Shown piece by piece: positions 16,827-22,914 of a DNA stretch of 26,110 nt. The notes below the pieces were generated by a model. It made no database searches. It had not been told where the DNA came from and saw nothing but the letters and a program-made list of their open reading frames with translations. The first letter of the stretch is position 1, and every line of letters begins with the position of its first letter. Position numbers and translations under genes: made by a program. Origin of the DNA: Gemmatimonadota bacterium. Its GTDB lineage: Bacteria; Gemmatimonadota; Gemmatimonadetes; Gemmatimonadales; GWC2-71-9. Where the stretch lies: assembly GCA_039591655.1 (NCBI GenBank), contig JBDHDE010000036.1:1-26110 (forward strand). The letters run 5' to 3'.

Positions 16827-19778
16827 ATGGCCGACGTCTTCGAACGTCTCAAGGCCGCTTTGGGTGACCGCTACGCGATCGAGCGGGAACTCGGCAGCGG
16901 GGGGATGGCGACTGTCTATCTCGCCGAGGATTTGAAGCACGACCGCAAGGTCGCCGTCAAAGTCCTCCGCCCCGACCTGGCTGCGGCACTGGGCCCCGAG
17001 CGATTCCTCCAGGAAATCAAGATCGCTGCCCAGCTCCATCACCCCCACATCTTGCCGCTCCACGATTCGGGCGAAGCCGACGGCTTCCTGTACTACGTGA
17101 TGCCCTACGAGGCGGGACGCTCACTGCGCGACAAGCTAGCGACTGAAGGTGAGCTCCCCATCGGCGAGGCGGTGCGGCTGCTGCGCGATGTGGTGGATGC
17201 GCTCTCACATGCTCATGAACAGGGGGTGGTTCACCGCGATATCAAACCGGAGAATATCCTGCTATCCGGTCACCACGCCCTGGTGAGCGACTTCGGCGTG
17301 GCGAAGGCGGTGAGCGAGGCCACCGGGCGGGACAAGCTCACCACGGCGGGTGTGGCGCTGGGGACCCCGGCTTACATGGCACCTGAGCAGGCCTCGGCGG
17401 ACCCACACATCGACCAGCGCGCGGACATCTACGGCGTCGGGGCATTGGCATACGAGGTACTGACGGGTCGCCCGCCCTTCCTCGGCTCCACGCCGCAACA
17501 GGTGCTCTCGGCCCACGTGACGGAGACAGCGGAGCCGGTGACACGGTATCGCACGACGGTGCCGCCGGTCCTCGAGCAGCTCGTGATGCGGTGCCTGGAG
17601 AAGCGACCGGCAGACCGATGGCAAAGTGCGCAGGAGCTAGTGACGCAGCTCGAGGCACTGACCACGCCGAGTGGCGGGATCACGCCGACCGACACGCGGC
17701 CGATAACAGCCGCCGTCGGCCGGCGGCGGACCGGGCTCTACGTAGTGCTCGGCATCGCCGCTGCGGTGGCGGCTGTCGCGGCGGCGGCGTGGCTGCTGCG
17801 TCCGGTTGGAGAGCAGGAGCTGAATCCCAACCTGATCGCCGTCGCTCCGTTTGACGTTCTTGACACCTCGCTCGAGGACCCGTGGCGCGAGGGGTTGGCG
17901 CAAATCGTGGCCTTGGGAGTGGACGGCGCAGGGCCACTGCGGTGCGTGCCACCGTCCGTGATCTTCAAACACTGGAGCGGTCCCGGTGACATGGCGTCGG
18001 TGTCGGCCGTAGGGAGGGACGCCGGTGCCGGACTCGGCGTCTACGGCAGGCTGACCGGCAGCGGACCTGACTCGGTGCGTATGACGGCCACCCTGTTCGA
18101 CGTTCGCAATGATGTGGCCCTGGGTGAGTTCGACGACCTGTACGAATCCGTGGACCGTATCGACCGCCTGGGCGACTCCCTGGCGGCGCGAATCCTCACG
18201 GTCTTGAGTCGTGTCCGACCGCTCGGCGCGGTACGCACCAACTCGCTGGGCTCGAGCTCCCCGGCGGCGATCAAGGCTTTTCTGCACGGTGAGCAGCACT
18301 ACCGTCGGTTCAATGTGGACTCCGCACGCTTCTACTATGACCAGGCCATCGCGTCGGACAGTGGGTTTGGCTTGGCGTACGCCCGCAAGTGGAAGGCCAT
18401 GTGGTGGCGCGAGACCGTCGCGGGCGCCCTCATGGCCTTACGAGCCGGGGCTTTGAATCACGGTCTCGCGCGGCGAGAGAGCCTCCTCATCGTTATCGAC
18501 TCACTCTGGGCGGATTACTATGTCGCCGTATCCGCCTTTGCTAGCAATACGGGCGGTTGGTCGCGGTTCGACAGAATCTTCACGACCGGCGACATCCTGC
18601 TGCAGGAGTACCCGCACGATCCCGAGGTATGGTACGAGGTCGGGGAGACGTGGTTCCACCTAGGCCCGTTCGTTGGCGTGACTGAACAAGAGACATACGA
18701 GGCCTTCAGGCGGGCGGTCACACTAGATAGCGGCTACGTACCGGCCTATGAGCATCTGGTGGAGTTGAGTCTGACCCTCGACGGTCCTGCGGAGGCGATG
18801 CGGGTGGTGGACGCGTATCTCGGTCGGATCGATTGGCCGACGTACAGGGAGAGGCTGCGGCTTGTCAGGGAACTGATCAGCGGCGGTGGCGTGACGGCTG
18901 AGGCACAGCGGATGATCGATTCGGCCGATGGCGAGGTACTTTTCGCTGCGTGGCAGAAGCTCCATCCTTGGCCGGACTCCGCCGAGAGCGCTGTACACAT
19001 CACCCGGGCTCTCATGGCGCTGGACGAGAGTCCACTGGCGGTAACCCTCTTGACTACGTCGCTGGCGCAGCGAGGGCGCCTCCGGGAGGCATACGCGCTG
19101 AACGACCGGCTGCTGACTGGGCCTGTCCGCCAGCAGTTTCTGCGCGCCTTCCGAGTGGCTCAGTTCGCGGAGTTTGGGGTTCTGCCTCCGGACACTGCCC
19201 GGGCCGTGTTCGAGAACTGCATGGTCGGCGACCCATCCTGCTTCCTCTACTTCGCACTGCGCTGGTGGGCGGCACAACAGGACACGGCATCGCTGAAGCG
19301 CTACATAGGCATTGCAGACTCGATCCTTCAGATGGCCTCAGTCCCCGATACGAACCGCCTACGGCCCGACACGGCTGCCGTGCAACGATTCGGTGCACAG
19401 GTCGGTCGTGCCTACCTCGCCCTCGCACGGCGCGATACGGCCGCCGCGTTGGCAGGTCTCGCCGCGCTCCGACAGTGGCCGGTGCCCCTGACGCACAACG
19501 AGGAACTGACCCGCGCGCAGCTCCTGATCGCCCTCGACTCGTTGACGGAGGTGGCGGAGCTGCTCCGGGTGTTCCCCGGTCTGGTGGCCGCTGCCGGCGC
19601 GGAAGGCGTGGTCTGGACCTTGGAGCGTGCGCGAGTAGCGGACAGGCTGGGTGACCGCGAGGCTGCGATCCAAGACTACTCCTATGTCCTCGACGCCTGG
19701 CGCCACGCTGACCCCGAGCTTCAGCCTTACGTCGAGGAGGCGCGCACAGCGCTGGAGAGGCTCGCCGGCGGGCGGTAG
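16827..19778 (+). CDS. K3: Ser/Thr kinase + transmembrane helix + TolB-N-like domain + TPR-like helical region
   Basis: HRDIKPEN, DFG, APE. TM segment LYVVLGIAAAVAAVAAAAWLL. IAVAPFDVL, followed by TPR-like A..YY.QAI..DSGF.LAY segments. Confidence 0.93.
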   Translation: MADVFERLKAALGDRYAIERELGSGGMATVYLAEDLKHDRKVAVKVLRPDLAAALGPERFLQEIKIAAQLHHPHILPLHDSGEADGFLYYVMPYEAGRSLRDKLATEGELPIGEAVRLLRDVVDALSHAHEQGVVHRDIKPENILLSGHHALVSDFGVAKAVSEATGRDKLTTAGVALGTPAYMAPEQASADPHIDQRADIYGVGALAYEVLTGRPPFLGSTPQQVLSAHVTETAEPVTRYRTTVPPVLEQLVMRCLEKRPADRWQSAQELVTQLEALTTPSGGITPTDTRPITAAVGRRRTGLYVVLGIAAAVAAVAAAAWLLRPVGEQELNPNLIAVAPFDVLDTSLEDPWREGLAQIVALGVDGAGPLRCVPPSVIFKHWSGPGDMASVSAVGRDAGAGLGVYGRLTGSGPDSVRMTATLFDVRNDVALGEFDDLYESVDRIDRLGDSLAARILTVLSRVRPLGAVRTNSLGSSSPAAIKAFLHGEQHYRRFNVDSARFYYDQAIASDSGFGLAYARKWKAMWWRETVAGALMALRAGALNHGLARRESLLIVIDSLWADYYVAVSAFASNTGGWSRFDRIFTTGDILLQEYPHDPEVWYEVGETWFHLGPFVGVTEQETYEAFRRAVTLDSGYVPAYEHLVELSLTLDGPAEAMRVVDAYLGRIDWPTYRERLRLVRELISGGGVTAEAQRMIDSADGEVLFAAWQKLHPWPDSAESAVHITRALMALDESPLAVTLLTTSLAQRGRLREAYALNDRLLTGPVRQQFLRAFRVAQFAEFGVLPPDTARAVFENCMVGDPSCFLYFALRWWAAQQDTASLKRYIGIADSILQMASVPDTNRLRPDTAAVQRFGAQVGRAYLALARRDTAAALAGLAALRQWPVPLTHNEELTRAQLLIALDSLTEVAELLRVFPGLVAAAGAEGVVWTLERARVADRLGDREAAIQDYSYVLDAWRHADPELQPYVEEARTALERLAGGR

Positions 19779-19915
19779 GCGCCGTGGCGCGCGGGGAACT
19801 GCTCGGTGGCTGAGTTCCCCCGGCAGCTGTCCCAATCCCTCCCGATGCATAGGGTGCGGCTCCTTGAGCCCGCGCCGGATCCGGCTGGAGGTGGGTGCCG
19901 CCTCTGGTGATTAGT

Positions 19916-19939
19916 GGACACGCCTGCACGGGCGTGTCC
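19916..19939 (+). repeat. 24-bp palindromic repeat, copy 4
   Basis: GGACACGCCTG-CA-CGGGCGTGTCC; pairing extends to GT...AC (19914-19941). Confidence 0.92.
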
Positions 19940-20034
19940 ACCTGCGCAGGCATGAGGCATCGTTCACACCGCCCCCGTGCCTCCCCCACCAGCGCCGCCA
20001 GTTCCACCCGCGCCCGGTCCCACTCTTCACGCCA

Positions 20035-20168
20035 TTGAGGGCGAAGGGGCGATCGAGCTTCTGATCGCGCGCGAGGTAGACTACCGCCATCCCACCCTGA
20101 CCGATCTCCTGCTCGATGGCGTACCGGTCGGCAAGGGCAGATACGAGTCGCTCGTCGACGTCAGGCGT
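20035..20168 (-). pseudogene. Truncated N-terminal stub of a sixth Ser/Thr kinase
   Basis: Minus strand reads (ACG)PDVDERLVSALADRYAIEQEIGQGGMAVVYLARDQKLDRPFALN and then loses similarity. ACG sits where paralogs have ATG, overlapping the K4 stop. Confidence 0.85.
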
Positions 20169-22659
20169 GGCTGCCTGAGCTGCTCTCCCTCACGAGCTTC
20201 TGGAAGCGCGGGTGACTCTCAAGTGGGTGCCACATCGGATCGATGGCGAGCCACCGAGCGGAATGCGGTCCAGGAATCGACAACAGGCGCTCCAACTGGG
20301 CGACGGCAGCATCGTGAAGCCCGAGCAGCGTGTAGGTCTGCGCGAGCTCGAGCACGCGGTACGGTGCAATGCCATCCTTGTCGACGGGAGCCAGCGCTTC
20401 GAACGCCGTTCCTTCTGCGATTGCCTCGTCGGCACGGCCAAGCCCTGCGAGCGCTACGCCAAGGGCGCTATGAACACGCGCATCCTGGGGCTGATGCACG
20501 GCCTTCGCTCGCATCAGTGACTCAGCTGCGAGAAAGCCCGCTCGCGCAGCATCGAGATCGCCGCGCAACAGCTGAGCCAGCGCCCGGAGCAGCGCCCTTG
20601 GCGTATAGCCGTGAAGGGTGTCGAGTTCGTCGCTCTCCCATGCGTCGAGACACTCCAAGGCACGGTTGTAGTCACCGTCGAGCAACTCCAGCTGCACCCG
20701 CAGGAGTGGTGCCAGCCAGCCATCGGGAGCGCCGGCGCTGTTTGCTCGCTCGAGGCACAACCTGGCCTGCTGCGTGTCGCCCTTCCACGCTAGGTACAAG
20801 TAGGCCAGCTCGACATACGAGACGATCCAGTCCGGTGATATCTCGATGCCCCGCTCGTAGTACGGCACTGCGTTCTCGTAGTCTCGGGTCCAACGGTAGG
20901 CGCCTGCGACGTTGGTGGTGTGCACGGGATTCCGTGGGTCCAGCCACATGGCTTTCTTCTGACACTCCAGCCCCTCGTCCCACCTGCCTTCCCACATTCT
21001 GGTCAGGCCGATCAAGCGCCACAGCTGTGGGTCATTGGGCTGGTGCTGCAGACATGTGCGGAAGTGTGCCGTGGCTTCCGCATGGTTGAGCAGCGTCCAG
21101 TGCAGCATGCCGAGTGCCAGGTGTCCTTCCGGAAGATCCGGTCGAAGCGCCAGCGCGCGATCCACCGCGCTCCTAGCCTCCATCAGTCGCTGTTCCGTCC
21201 GGTCGTAGCCTATGTGGTACATGCCCGTGTGCATCCTTGAGAGCTGCGCGTAGGCCTGTGCAAACCCGGGATCGCATTCCACAGCCAGCTCGAACATCCG
21301 TTGTGCGTGGTCGTACTCAGACCGCAGGAATCCACGGCTCAGGCCGTCCAGGCCACGGAGGTAGTAATCGTACGCCTCCAGGCTCTCCGTCGGTCGCTCG
21401 CTGATCCGCTGCTCTTCTTCAGGGCTGAGCGTTACACGCAGCGCCTCCACGATGGCACGGGACACTCGCTCTTGGATCTCGAAGATGTCCTCCAGGGTGC
21501 CCGAGTACTTCTCTGCCCACAGATGCGCATCCGCAGGAGCATCGATCAGCTGCGCCGTGATTCGCAGGCTATTCCCCGCCTTGCGCACGCTGCCCTCGAG
21601 TACAAACTGGACGTTGAGCTCTCGGCCGATTGTGGGCAGGTCTTTGTCGGTGCCTTTGTAGCGCATGGTGGATGTGCGGGAGATCACGCGCAGTGCAGCG
21701 ATTTTGGTGAGTTCGGAGATCAGTTCCTCGGTGAGACCGTCCGCAAAGTACTCGTTGTCGGGATCGGGACTAAGATTGGAGAACGGCAGCACCGCGATCG
21801 ACTTGAGGTCGGACACACCTGCAAGTGGCCTAGCCCGGAGAGCCTCGGCGAACGTCGCCGCCGAGTCGAACCGGTCGGCCGGTGCCTTCGCGAGGGCCGT
21901 CATGAGCGCGGTGGCTACCTGCGAGGGCACGCCGGATCGCGCCGGGGCGATCGGCGGCACGGGCTCGGTCATATGGCGCGCCAGCACGGCCCGGGCCGTG
22001 GGGCCCGTGAACGGCGGCCGGTTCGCCAGCATCTCGTACAGCACGCACCCGAGCGCGTAGATGTCGCTGCGCGCGTCGATGGCGCGGTCTCCTGCAACCT
22101 GTTCTGGACTCATGTAGGCCGGTGTGCCCAGGGATAGTCCCGTCTCGGTCAGTCGTTCACCTCCGGCCTGCTGAACGGCCAGGGCGATGCCGAAGTCCGC
22201 CACCATCGCCTCGCCTTCGTGCAGCAGGATGTTCTCCGGCTTGATATCGCGGTGGATCACGTCGTGCCGGTGGGCGTGGTCGAGCGCGGATGCGACCTGG
22301 CCGGTGATGCGCAGCGCATCGTCGATCGGCAGCTGTGTCTCTCGTTTCAGTCGATCTCGGAGGGATTCACCGTCCACGTAGGGCATGACGTAGTACAGGA
22401 GACCATCGCCCTCTCCGCAGTCGTGGACCGATAGGATATTCGGGTGGGTAAGCTTGGCCGCGATCTCGATTTCACGGAGGAAGCGCTCCGTGCCGAGCGA
22501 GGCCGCAAGCTCAGGGCGGAGGACTTTGAGGGCGACGGCGCGGTTGAGCTTCTGGTCGCGCGCCAGATACACCACGGCCATCCCACCGTGACCCAGCTCG
22601 CGCTCGATGAGGTAGCGGTCCGCCAGCGCGGCCTTGAGGCGTTCGAGGAGGTCCTCCAT
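20161..22659 (-). CDS. K4: cytoplasmic Ser/Thr kinase + TolB-N-like domain + TPR repeats
   Basis: Start MEDLLERLK at 22659 (GAGG RBS, homologous to K1). HRDIKPEN, DFG, SPE and no TM. SIAVLPFSNLSPDPDNEYFADG, TPR repeats, terminal DPMWHPLESHPRFQKL motif. Confidence 0.93.
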   Translation of the reverse strand: MEDLLERLKAALADRYLIERELGHGGMAVVYLARDQKLNRAVALKVLRPELAASLGTERFLREIEIAAKLTHPNILSVHDCGEGDGLLYYVMPYVDGESLRDRLKRETQLPIDDALRITGQVASALDHAHRHDVIHRDIKPENILLHEGEAMVADFGIALAVQQAGGERLTETGLSLGTPAYMSPEQVAGDRAIDARSDIYALGCVLYEMLANRPPFTGPTARAVLARHMTEPVPPIAPARSGVPSQVATALMTALAKAPADRFDSAATFAEALRARPLAGVSDLKSIAVLPFSNLSPDPDNEYFADGLTEELISELTKIAALRVISRTSTMRYKGTDKDLPTIGRELNVQFVLEGSVRKAGNSLRITAQLIDAPADAHLWAEKYSGTLEDIFEIQERVSRAIVEALRVTLSPEEEQRISERPTESLEAYDYYLRGLDGLSRGFLRSEYDHAQRMFELAVECDPGFAQAYAQLSRMHTGMYHIGYDRTEQRLMEARSAVDRALALRPDLPEGHLALGMLHWTLLNHAEATAHFRTCLQHQPNDPQLWRLIGLTRMWEGRWDEGLECQKKAMWLDPRNPVHTTNVAGAYRWTRDYENAVPYYERGIEISPDWIVSYVELAYLYLAWKGDTQQARLCLERANSAGAPDGWLAPLLRVQLELLDGDYNRALECLDAWESDELDTLHGYTPRALLRALAQLLRGDLDAARAGFLAAESLMRAKAVHQPQDARVHSALGVALAGLGRADEAIAEGTAFEALAPVDKDGIAPYRVLELAQTYTLLGLHDAAVAQLERLLSIPGPHSARWLAIDPMWHPLESHPRFQKLVRESSSGSHA

Positions 22660-22783
22660 GGAGCACCTCGCTTCCGACACCACTACAGTAGGGGCTTCCG
22701 TACCAGGCAGCTAGGTGAAGAGGCGAGAGATGTGCTCGGATTTGGACCAGCGGTGGGGTGGAAGGACGAGAAGCGCCCGGCGC
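22591..22783 (-). repeat. Duplicated kinase leader, copy B
   Basis: Matches 13660-13853. Confidence 0.92.
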
Positions 22784-22914
22784 GGCCGGGCGCTAGAGAG
22801 GAGCCCCGACCGCCGCTCAGACGCCCGGGGCTGAGCTGCTTCGCACCTGCTCGGCGCTATCAGACAGCTTGTGAGCTGTCGTCGTGGATCGAACTCGTGA
22901 GGAAGTTGCGGTTC

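Noticed and set aside
19977..21089. 370-aa plus-strand ORF
   Set aside because: Antisense to K4 and the kinase stub, with no domain signal.
13660..22783. Diversity-generating retroelement template/variable repeat pair
   Set aside because: Differences between the two copies are not confined to adenines, the repeat is mostly non-coding and 5' of the genes, and no reverse transcriptase is present.
22863..22880. Palindrome GACAGCT-TGTG-AGCTGTC downstream of K5 as a sixth repeat copy
   Set aside because: The position is analogous, but length and sequence differ and the invariant CGGGCGTGTCC arm is absent.
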